NCBI GenBank assembly: GCA_040256005.1
Contig: JBDZWC010000076.1
Coordinates: 1 to 14,484 of the forward strand
Direction: 5' to 3'
DNA: 14,484 nucleotides
Source: Deinococcaceae bacterium
Lineage (GTDB): Bacteria; Deinococcota; Deinococci; Deinococcales; Trueperaceae
Part shown: one piece after another, positions 1 to 8,148 of the stretch
How the letters are laid out: every line of letters starts with the position of its first letter
Position numbering within the stretch: the stretch's first letter is position 1
Notes under the pieces: model-generated
Database searches by the model: none
The model's input: only the letters and a program-made list of their open reading frames with translations
What the model was told of the DNA's origin: nothing
Made by a program: the position numbers and the translations under genes

Positions 1-1
1 T

Positions 2-1409
2 GCCCGCACGTCGCCGATGGCCGCGGTCCAACGCCCCGAGGCGGCACCGGGCTCGCGCTACGTGTGGCTGGGCCTCCTGCTCATGGCCGCGGGAGCGGGC
101 GTGGCGCTCTACCCGTTCCAAGGCTTCACCGCGCTGGTCGTGGTGTGCCTGGCGCTGGCCGTCTTCTTCGCGGGCGTGTCGCTGGCGGCGCCCGGCATCC
201 TGGGCCCCGTGCTGAGACTGCTCAGGCCCCTCCTGCTGAGGGTCTTCGGGGCGTCGGGACGACTGGGAGCCAGCTTCGCCGAGCGCAACGCGGCCCGTAA
301 CGGCGTGGCTATCGGGACCGTGGTCGTGGGCACGGGCCTGATCATCGGCGTGGGCTCCATGGTCGCCAGCATCAACCAGGCGATCGCCACCTGGATGGAC
401 ACGACCGTCGTCGGCGACCTGTACGTGACGACCCCGGTGAGCTTCCCGCCCGACTTCGCCACGGCGGCCGAAGCGGTCGACGGTGTCGACGTCGCGAGCG
501 GCGTGGGTATCAGGCCCGTGCGGTTCGTCAGCGAGGAGCAACCGCGGGGGCGCACGGTGGCGCTGATCCTGGCCGACCCGGCCAGGTTCGATCCCGATGG
601 CGGTTTCGGCAGGCTGCAGTACATCCCAGGCCAGGGTGACGAGGTCAGCGGCCATCGCGCGCTGGAGCGGGGCGACGCGGTGCTGGTGTCGAACACCATG
701 CTCGATCGCCACGGCTTCGCGGTCGGCGACACGATCTCGCTGCGCACGTCGAGCGGCTTCAGGGACTACCCCGTCGCCGGCGTGATCGTGGACTTCACGG
801 GTGGCGGGGAGGCCGTGCTGACGAGCATCGCGAACATGCCAGACTTCGGCGGCGGCACGCCCGACCTCTTCATCCTCACCGTCGACCCCGGGCGCGACCC
901 GGTGGAGGTGCGCGAGCACCTCCTGGCCGCGTTCCCAGACCTGTACCTGGACGCGACCCTGAACGTCGACTACCGCCGCACGGTCCTGGAGATCACCGAC
1001 CAGGCGTTCGCCACCACCAGGGTGCTCCTGGTCATCGCCGTGCTCGTCGCGGTCCTCGGCGTCGCCAACACGCTCGGCATGAACCTCGTGAACCGGGGCC
1101 ACGAGATCGCCGTCTTGCGCACCATCGGGCTCACGCGCACGGGGCTGAGGTGGCTGGTCGTAGCCGAGGGGGTCGTGATCACCATGCTGGGCGGCGCCCT
1201 GGGCGCGGCCTTCGGCCTGCTGCTGGCCCGCATCGTCACCACGGGCGCCGGTGCCGTGACAGGCTTCCGCCTCGAGCCGGTGGTGCCCGCTTACCTGGCG
1301 CTGCTGGCGGTACTGGCCTCCCCACTGATCGGGCTGGTAGCCTCGCTCCTGCCCGCCAGGCGCGCGGCCATGACGGCCCCGGCGCGGGCGTTGGCGGCCT
1401 GGAGCGAAC

Positions 1410-1417
<8 letters not shown>
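2..1417 (+). CDS. ABC transporter permease, MacB/FtsX/LolE-type (two-repeat), 5' end lies outside the window
   Basis: The frame is open from position 2 (ARTSPMAA...), which reads like the end of a first FtsX repeat, so ATG 17 is internal. It has hydrophobic TM helices, an extracytoplasmic domain after 'WMDTTVVGDLYV', and C-terminal FtsX motifs 'NRGHEIAVLRTIGLT' and 'LLPARRAA..PARAL'. It overlaps the ATPase by 8 nt. Confidence 0.9.
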
Positions 1418-2177
<760 letters not shown>

Positions 2178-2187
2178 GCCTCCCAAT

Positions 2188-4413
2188 ATGTTCGCGGCGC
2201 TCGGCCGGCTCGTCGCCACCTACCCCCGCTGGGTGCTGCTGAGCTGGTTCGTCCTCGGCGTCGTCTCCCTTCCTTACGCCGCCAGAGTCGGCGAGGTGCT
2301 CACCGCCGAGCCGGTGCCCCCGTCCAGCGGGGAGTCTCTCCAGGTCCAACGACTGATAGCCGACGAGTTCGCCCTGCCGGAGGGCGAGGCGCTGGTTGCC
2401 ATCCTGAGACCGCGTGTCGGCGCGGCCGACGCCGACTTCGTGCGCCGCGTGGAGGCTGTGGCGGGCGCGGTCGCGAGCGTGCCCGGCGTCTCGTACGTCA
2501 ACGACCCCACGGACCCGCTGGGCTTCGACTTGGTGAACGAGGAGGGCGCTTACGCCGCGGTGCTGATCGGTCTGGAGCCGCAATCCCGCCAGGAGGCGCG
2601 CGCGACGGTCACCGCCGTGAAGGAGGCGCTGGCGGACGCCGCTGGGATCGCCCACGACCTGGCCGGCGGTATGGCGACGCTCATGGAGATCGAGGAGGTC
2701 AGCCAGCGCGACGCCCGGCGAGCCGAGCTGTACGGCTTGCCCATCGCCCTTCTCATCCTCGTCCTGGCCTTCGGTGCGCTGGTGGCAGCCGGCCTGCCGC
2801 TGCTCTCGGCGGTGACCACGATCGTCGTCTCCTCGGCCCTGCTCTTCGCCCTCGGGCACCTGATCGAGTTCGCCGTGTTCACGCGGACCGTCGTCACGAT
2901 GCTGGGGCTCGCTACCGGTATCGACTACGCCCTGCTCATCGTGAGCCGTTTCCGGGAGGAGCTCGGTGCCGGCCTCAGCGCGCGAGAGGCGGCCGAGCGC
3001 ACCACGGCCGAGGCCGGCAAGGCCGTCGCCTTCTCGGGCGTCACCGTCGTTGTCGCGCTGCTCTCGCTGCTGGTCCCGCCCGTCGGGTTCATCCGCTCTA
3101 TCGGGGTCGCGACCACCGTCGTTCTCGTCGTGGCCGTCCTGGTGGCGATCACGGCCGTGCCCGCCACGCTGGCCCTGCTCGGCACCAACGTCAACAGGCT
3201 CAGGGTGACCCGGCGTGAACCGGGCACCCGCAGCCGCCGGTTCTGGCGCGAGCGCGCGCAGGTGACCCTCATGCATCCCGGCCGGTGGGCGGTGGTCGGC
3301 CTCGTCGTGCTCGTGCTGCTCTCGCTGCCGGCCCTGCGGCTCCTCGTCGGCGAGCCAGGGGCGCGCGGGATGTCGCGCGAGACTGAGGCGCGCCAGGTGC
3401 TCGAGGCGCTCGAGGAGCAGGGTCTGGCCGGCTTGCTCTCTCCGTTCGACGTCGTCGTGGACACTGGCGAGGCGGGCTTCTTCCACCCTGCCAGCGTCAG
3501 GGCCGTCTCGCTGCTCGAGCGGGCGCTCGGTGACCTGCCCGGTGTCCAGCTCGTCTCCTCGCCGTTCGCGCTGACGAGCGTTCCTCGGATCTTCCTCTAC
3601 CAGTACTACGCCAGCGCCGAGCTGGCGCGCGGCAGCGAGGTGGCCCCGCTGGTGGCCGCCACGGTCAGCGAGAACGGCCGCTACGTGCTCCTGCGCGTGC
3701 TGCCGACGGGCTCACTGACGCCGGCGAGCGGGGCCGACCTGCTAACCCGGGTGGAAGCCGCCGTGAGCGCGTCGGCCCTGCCGGGCCGGGTCGGCGGCTC
3801 CTACGTGAAGGACCTGGAGTCGGCTGCCGCGATCTACGGCTCGTTCCCACTGGCTCTGACGCTGGTGGCGCTGGCGACGACGCTGCTGCTCGGCCTGGCG
3901 TTCAGGTCGCTCCTGATCCCCCTCAAGGCGGTCGTCGTCAACGCCCTGACGGTCACGGCTGGGTTCGGGGTCCTCGTCATTTTGATCCAGGACGGCGCGT
4001 TCGCGTCCCTCTTGGGCGGCAGCACCCTGGGCTTCATCGACACCTCGGCGCCGCTGTTCATCTTCGCGATGGTGTTCGGCCTGAGCATGGACTACGAGGT
4101 GTTCCTGGTGGCCCGCGTGCGCGAGGCGCACCTCATGGGGCTCTCCGACCGCGACGCGATCGTCCACGCCCTGTCGTCGACCGGTGGGGTCATCACCAGT
4201 GCGGCGGCGGTCATGATCACGGTCTTCGCGCTGCTGATGTTCAGTCACGTCGAGCTGATCAAGGCCCTCGGGCTGGGCCTTACCGTCGCCGTGCTGCTCG
4301 ACGCGACGCTGGTGAGGCTGGTCCTCGTGCCGTCGCTGATCATGTTGGCGGGCCGCTGGAACTGGTGGCTGCCCGGCTCGCGCGGCCGGCCGCGCGGGTC
4401 CTTGCCGCGCTAG
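2188..4413 (+). CDS. MMPL family (RND superfamily) transporter, YdfJ/MmpL-like
   Basis: 741 aa with a two-fold repeat of TM + extracytoplasmic loop + TM bundle. Both Asp-Tyr motifs are present ([20 protein letters not shown] and [17 protein letters not shown]), as is the C-terminal GRWNWWLP typical of the family. Confidence 0.93.
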   Translation: MFAALGRLVATYPRWVLLSWFVLGVVSLPYAARVGEVLTAEPVPPSSGESLQVQRLIADEFALPEGEALVAILRPRVGAADADFVRRVEAVAGAVASVPGVSYVNDPTDPLGFDLVNEEGAYAAVLIGLEPQSRQEARATVTAVKEALADAAGIAHDLAGGMATLMEIEEVSQRDARRAELYGLPIALLILVLAFGALVAAGLPLLSAVTTIVVSSALLFALGHLIEFAVFTRTVVTMLGLATGIDYALLIVSRFREELGAGLSAREAAERTTAEAGKAVAFSGVTVVVALLSLLVPPVGFIRSIGVATTVVLVVAVLVAITAVPATLALLGTNVNRLRVTRREPGTRSRRFWRERAQVTLMHPGRWAVVGLVVLVLLSLPALRLLVGEPGARGMSRETEARQVLEALEEQGLAGLLSPFDVVVDTGEAGFFHPASVRAVSLLERALGDLPGVQLVSSPFALTSVPRIFLYQYYASAELARGSEVAPLVAATVSENGRYVLLRVLPTGSLTPASGADLLTRVEAAVSASALPGRVGGSYVKDLESAAAIYGSFPLALTLVALATTLLLGLAFRSLLIPLKAVVVNALTVTAGFGVLVILIQDGAFASLLGGSTLGFIDTSAPLFIFAMVFGLSMDYEVFLVARVREAHLMGLSDRDAIVHALSSTGGVITSAAAVMITVFALLMFSHVELIKALGLGLTVAVLLDATLVRLVLVPSLIMLAGRWNWWLPGSRGRPRGSLPR

Positions 4414-5306
4414 CGGACCACGGTCTCGATCAGGTCGGTGGGTTGCAGCGTCAGAGCCGCGATGCCGGCCGCCTGCAGGTCCCAGCCGCCACGCAACGTC
4501 ACCGCCAGGCCGGCCCCGACCGCGGCCGACCTCACCTGCTCCGCCAGGGCGGGCCCCAGGCGCAGCGGGTCGAACCTGAACGTCACGTGCGTCGTCCCGC
4601 TGCCGTTGGCCGGCACTGGCAGGGACGCGATCTCCGCCACGGCGGCGTCCTGCCCGCCGACCTCGAGGACCAGTTGCGGCGCGCTCAGCAGGTATCCGAT
4701 GGGGCCAGGGTTCGTCACGGTCAGCTCCAGGTCCACAGCCACCGCGCTGATGCCCTCCACCCTCAAGGTGGCGGCGCCGACGGCCAGGCGCGGAGCCACC
4801 AGCGCGAGCCCCGTGTCGAGCTGACCCTCGACGAGGCTGAAACGGGGATAGCGCTGCGTCGTGCCGAGGACGTCGACGGCCACGGCAGCGTCCACCCGGT
4901 ACCGCACGGAGCCGCCGCCCAGGACACCGGCCAACGCCTCGAGCAGGGCCGGCGCCGCGGTGAGCGGTACGCGCGCGTCGATGACGACACGGGAGGACCC
5001 GTTCGCCGGCAGCTCGAGCCCGCCCCTGAACTGCGCCTGCGCCGCGCGCACCTCCTGAAGGTAGAGGTCGCCGTCAAGCGCCGACAGCTTGAGCGCGAAC
5101 GGGTTCGGGTTCTCGGCCGCCAGCACCAGACGGAACACCGCCGACCCGTCACCGACACCGGGCGGGTCGATCCGTACGAACCCGGAGCCGTTGGGGTCGA
5201 TGCGGAACGTCGGGGCCGACAGCATCCGGGCTCCCGGCGCACACGACGTGAGGACGACGGCAGCCAGAACGGCGCCTAGGCAAGCGAACACTCTCTTCAC
5301 GGGCAC
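4410..5306 (-). CDS. Predicted lipoprotein with two LEA type 2 / WHy-like domains
   Basis: Signal peptide with lipobox (KRVFACLGAVLAAVVLTS-C). Two beta-rich repeats carry WHy-type motifs ENPNPFALKL and TNPGPIGYLL. SD GGAGGT at 5316..5311; the start is GTG 5306 or GTG 5300. Confidence 0.8.
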   Translation of the reverse strand: MPVKRVFACLGAVLAAVVLTSCAPGARMLSAPTFRIDPNGSGFVRIDPPGVGDGSAVFRLVLAAENPNPFALKLSALDGDLYLQEVRAAQAQFRGGLELPANGSSRVVIDARVPLTAAPALLEALAGVLGGGSVRYRVDAAVAVDVLGTTQRYPRFSLVEGQLDTGLALVAPRLAVGAATLRVEGISAVAVDLELTVTNPGPIGYLLSAPQLVLEVGGQDAAVAEIASLPVPANGSGTTHVTFRFDPLRLGPALAEQVRSAAVGAGLAVTLRGGWDLQAAGIAALTLQPTDLIETVVR

Positions 5307-5347
5307 CCGTACCTCCGTGGGGCGGCGCTCCGCCCCGACCCCACCCG

Positions 5348-5353
5348 AGCCTA
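5348..5353 (-). promoter_or_regulatory. Putative -10 box (TAGGCT) for the LEA_2 lipoprotein gene
   Basis: TANNNT on the minus strand about 40 nt upstream of the start. The same hexamer occurs upstream of secA. Confidence 0.45.
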
Positions 5354-5463
5354 GTGGAGCGGCGGGCAGGTCGCGGTCGAATGGTTCGCATGGAGCCGGG
5401 GCTCGGTCGTCGGGCCCAGCACGCCCGGGCGCCAGCGCGAGCCGGTGAACATGCCAAGGCGCT

Positions 5464-5469
5464 TACGAT
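5464..5469 (+). promoter_or_regulatory. Putative -10 box (TACGAT), leaderless promoter of the enoyl-CoA hydratase
   Basis: TANNNT 6 nt before ATG 5476, with no SD present. Confidence 0.6.
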
Positions 5470-5475
5470 TGCCGC

Positions 5476-6252
5476 ATGCCTGAACTGAGCACGACCGACA
5501 GGGGCAGCGTGCGCGTGCTTACCCTCGACCGGCCGCAGGTGAAGAACGCGCTGTCCGTCGCGTTGCGCTCCGAGCTGCTGGCCGCCCTGGCCGCGGCCCG
5601 GAGCGACGACGGCGTCAGGGTCATCGTCATCACCGGCGCCGGCGACGCTTTCTGCGCGGGCCTCGACCTGCGCGAGCTGGAGGAGACCGTCACGCTGAGC
5701 CCGGCGGAGCACCGGGAGGACACGACCGCTCTCGCGAACCTCCTGCTGGCCATCGTCCGGTGTCCCAAACCGGTGGTCGCGGCCGTCAACGGGCCCGCCG
5801 TCGCGGGAGGCGCTGGCATCGTCACCGCCTGCGACGTAGCGTTCGCGGCGCCGGAAGCCCGGTTCGGCTACACGGAGGCACGTATCGGGTTCGTCGCCGC
5901 CCTCGTGTCCGTCCTGCTGCTCCGGCAGGTGGGCGAGAAGCACGCACGCGAGCTGCTCCTGGGGGCTCATCTGATCGGCGCCGAGCGGGCCGCAGCCATC
6001 GGGTTGGTGAACGAGGTCGTGGCGGATGGGCCGGTGCTGGACGCGGCGGTCGCCTTCGCGGAGCGCATGGCCGGCAACGCCCCTGGTTCACTCGCCGCGA
6101 CCAAACGTCTGCTGGCCGAGCTTCCCGGCCTGTCGCTCGCGGAGGGCATGACCGTCGCAGTGGAAGCGAACGTCGCGACCCGCTCGGGCGACGAGATCAA
6201 GGAGGGGGTGAGGGCGTTCCTCGAGAAGCGCCGCGCTGCGTGGCGCTCTTGA
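5476..6252 (+). CDS. Enoyl-CoA hydratase/isomerase (crotonase) family, methylglutaconyl-CoA hydratase (LiuC)-like
   Basis: Motifs TLDRPQVKNAL, GAGDAFCAGLDL, KPVVAAVNGPAVAGGAGIVTACD, FGYTEARIGF and C-terminal EGVRAFLEKR..W. Confidence 0.9.
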   Translation: MPELSTTDRGSVRVLTLDRPQVKNALSVALRSELLAALAAARSDDGVRVIVITGAGDAFCAGLDLRELEETVTLSPAEHREDTTALANLLLAIVRCPKPVVAAVNGPAVAGGAGIVTACDVAFAAPEARFGYTEARIGFVAALVSVLLLRQVGEKHARELLLGAHLIGAERAAAIGLVNEVVADGPVLDAAVAFAERMAGNAPGSLAATKRLLAELPGLSLAEGMTVAVEANVATRSGDEIKEGVRAFLEKRRAAWRS

Positions 6253-6277
6253 CCGGTCGGCGCCCGAGCCATAACAT
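6249..6277 (+). promoter_or_regulatory. Sigma70-type promoter for ddl (TTGACC-N17-TAACAT)
   Basis: -35 TTGACC at 6249-6254, exact 17-nt spacer, -10 TAACAT at 6272-6277. Confidence 0.7.
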
Positions 6278-6305
6278 GCACACGATGTGCATCATGCACA
6301 ACATG
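6270..6305. repeat. Four imperfect tandem 9-mers with nested inverted repeats (operator-like)
   Basis: CATAACATG/CACACGATG/TGCATCATG/CACAACATG. It contains ATGCACA (6276-6282), its reverse complement TGTGCAT (6286-6292) and ATGCACA again (6294-6300). Confidence 0.7.
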
Positions 6306-6320
6306 GGTCAAGCGGTATGA
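6285..6320 (+). CDS. Putative leaderless upstream micro-ORF (MCIMHNMGQAV*)
   Basis: The ATG is 7 nt after the -10 box TAACAT. Its TGA overlaps the ddl ATG (ATGA at 6317-6320). Translation is unproven. Confidence 0.3.
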   Translation: MCIMHNMGQAV

Positions 6321-7423
6321 GCGAGGGCGCGAGACCGGCGCCGCGCCGCGTGCTGCTGTTATGCGGCGGCCGCTCCGAGGAGCACGATGTGTCCCTCGCC
6401 TCCGCGCGCTCCGTCCTGGAGGCCGTCGCGGCGTCGCGGTCCCTCGAGGTCTCGCCCCTGGTGATCGGACGCGAGGGCGCGACGCTCAGCCTGGCGGAGT
6501 CCGCCGCCCGCCTGGGCGTGGCGCCCGCCCGGCTCGAGGCGACCGCGCACGGCGGCGGCAACGGCGCAGCCGCGCTGGTATCGCACCCTCCTGACCGCGA
6601 CGGCCTGCCCCGCAGCCTGGCCGAGGTCGGGGGCGCCTACGACGTCGTGTTCCCGCTCCTCCACGGCCCCTACGGGGAGGACGGCAGCGTGCAGGGCCTG
6701 CTCAAGATCATGGGCGTGCCGTTCGTGGGTAGCGACGTGTTGGGCAGCGCCGTGGCCATGGACAAGCTCGCGATGAAGGCCGTGTTCGCGGCGGCGGGCC
6801 TACCGCAGGTGGAACACAGGGCGGTGACGCGCGCCAGCTACCGGACGGACCAGGAGAGGGTCCTGGCCGTGGTCGACGAGCTCGGCCTGCCGGCGTTCGT
6901 GAAGCCCGCGAACCTGGGCTCGTCGATAGGCGTGACCAAGGTCGATGACCGCGCCGACATGGCCACCGCGCTCGAGTCGGCGCTGGGGTTCGACCGGCGG
7001 GTGATCGTGGAGGCCGCCGCGGTCGGCGCCAGGGAGCTCGAGGTCGCCGTGCTCGGCAACGACGCGCCGCTCGCGAGCGGGGTCGGCGAGATCCGCTACG
7101 ACGCCACGGGCGGAGCCTTCTACGACTTCGAGACCAAGTACACCGACGGCAGGGCCGATCTCCTGATCCCCGCCGACGTGCCCTCAGACGTGGGGGAGTC
7201 GGCGAGACGCATGGCGCTGGAAGCGTTCGCCGCCGTGGACGCGGCCGGTCTCGCCCGGGTGGACTTCTTCTACCTGCCTGACGGCCGGCTCCTGGTGAAC
7301 GAGATCAACACGATCCCGGGGTTCACCAGGCACAGCATGTACCCACGCCTGTGGCAGGCGGCTGGGGTGGGCTACGCCGAGCTGGTCGAGCGCCTCGTCG
7401 AACTGGCCCTGGAACGGCGCTGA
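6317..7423 (+). CDS. ddl: D-alanine--D-alanine ligase
   Basis: Motifs GGRSEEHDVSLASA, FPLLHGPYGEDGSVQG, MDKLAMK, FVKPANLGSSIGV, RELEVAVLGN, FYDFETKY, ARVDFF and NEINTIPGFT..SMYP. ATG 6317 is preferred over GTG 6287, but the start is uncertain. Confidence 0.95.
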   Translation: MSEGARPAPRRVLLLCGGRSEEHDVSLASARSVLEAVAASRSLEVSPLVIGREGATLSLAESAARLGVAPARLEATAHGGGNGAAALVSHPPDRDGLPRSLAEVGGAYDVVFPLLHGPYGEDGSVQGLLKIMGVPFVGSDVLGSAVAMDKLAMKAVFAAAGLPQVEHRAVTRASYRTDQERVLAVVDELGLPAFVKPANLGSSIGVTKVDDRADMATALESALGFDRRVIVEAAAVGARELEVAVLGNDAPLASGVGEIRYDATGGAFYDFETKYTDGRADLLIPADVPSDVGESARRMALEAFAAVDAAGLARVDFFYLPDGRLLVNEINTIPGFTRHSMYPRLWQAAGVGYAELVERLVELALERR

Positions 7424-7438
7424 AAGCGTCGCAGCGGG

Positions 7439-7444
7439 TAAGAT
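7439..7444 (+). promoter_or_regulatory. Putative -10 box (TAAGAT) upstream of the HNH gene
   Basis: TANNNT hexamer in the ddl-HNH intergenic region, preceded by GGG as in the box at 9048-9053. Confidence 0.5.
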
Positions 7445-7492
7445 GCGCCGCGTGACCGGAGGTGCCAAGCCGAACGCCTGAGCGACGTAGAA

Positions 7493-8119
7493 GTGAGGGC
7501 GCTCCTCGAGGAGCCTGACGAGGAGCTGGATCACCGGCCGGCGAGCGCCGCCCGCGCGGCGACCGCTGTCGGCCGCGAAGGCCTCACGCCGCTGGCGAAC
7601 CTCAACTCCGGCCGCGTCCTCATCCTCAACGCGAGCTACGAGCCGCTGCACGTGTGCTCGGTGAAGCGCGCCGTGGCGCTGCTCATGCACGAGGTCGCCG
7701 AGCGCGTCGAGGAGTCGGGCAAGGTGTTGCGCTCCCCCAACTCGGTGTTCCCGGTACCCAGCGTGATCCGGCTGCGGCGCTTCGTGCGCACGCCGTTCCG
7801 GCAGCGCGTGGCGTTCAACCGCAAGAACGTCTTCAGGCGCGACGAGCACGTCTGCCAGTACTGCGGCAGGCACACGCACGACCTCACCCTCGACCACGTG
7901 CTCCCGCGCAGCCGCGGCGGCCCGACCTCGTGGGAGAACGTCGTGGCCTGCTGCAAGGGCTGCAACGCCAGGAAGCGCGACCGGACGCCGGACGAGGCCC
8001 GCATGCACCTGAGGCGCAAGCCGTTCGCGCCGCGCTTCATGTTCACCAGCGCGTACGGCGTGATGCCCGACATCGACCCCATCTGGGAGAAGTACCTGCC
8101 TCGTTCACGGCACGACTGA
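7493..8119 (+). CDS. HNH endonuclease (McrA-like, Zn-binding)
   Basis: N-terminal VLILNASYEPL and PSVIRL..FV; core RRDEHVCQYCG...LTLDHVLPRSRGG..SWENVVACCKGCNARK with two CxxC pairs. The start is uncertain. Confidence 0.92.
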   Translation: MRALLEEPDEELDHRPASAARAATAVGREGLTPLANLNSGRVLILNASYEPLHVCSVKRAVALLMHEVAERVEESGKVLRSPNSVFPVPSVIRLRRFVRTPFRQRVAFNRKNVFRRDEHVCQYCGRHTHDLTLDHVLPRSRGGPTSWENVVACCKGCNARKRDRTPDEARMHLRRKPFAPRFMFTSAYGVMPDIDPIWEKYLPRSRHD

Positions 8120-8148
8120 GCCGCCCGTGCGCGTGGCCGCCTGCTCTA

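Noticed and set aside
6270..6305. Repeat block as a CRISPR remnant or NtrC site
   Set aside because: Units are 9 nt with no spacers. The TGCAC-N5-GTGCA spacing is shorter than the NtrC TGCAC-N7-GTGCA, and the promoter is sigma70-type.
7118..7141. ddl as a D-Ala-D-Lac (vancomycin-resistance) ligase
   Set aside because: The omega-loop FYDFETKY keeps the terminal Tyr typical of D-Ala-D-Ala ligases, and there are no vanH/vanX/vanRS neighbours.
7424..8148. HNH gene as an RNA-guided (IscB/HEARO/Cas9-like) or homing system
   Set aside because: No RuvC motifs or array, and the flanking intergenic gaps are only about 70 and 30 nt, too small for a guide RNA. No element ends are visible.
8120..8148. 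Terminator between the convergent HNH and GNAT-like genes
   Set aside because: No convincing stem with a U-tract on either strand. No intrinsic terminator could be supported anywhere in the window.
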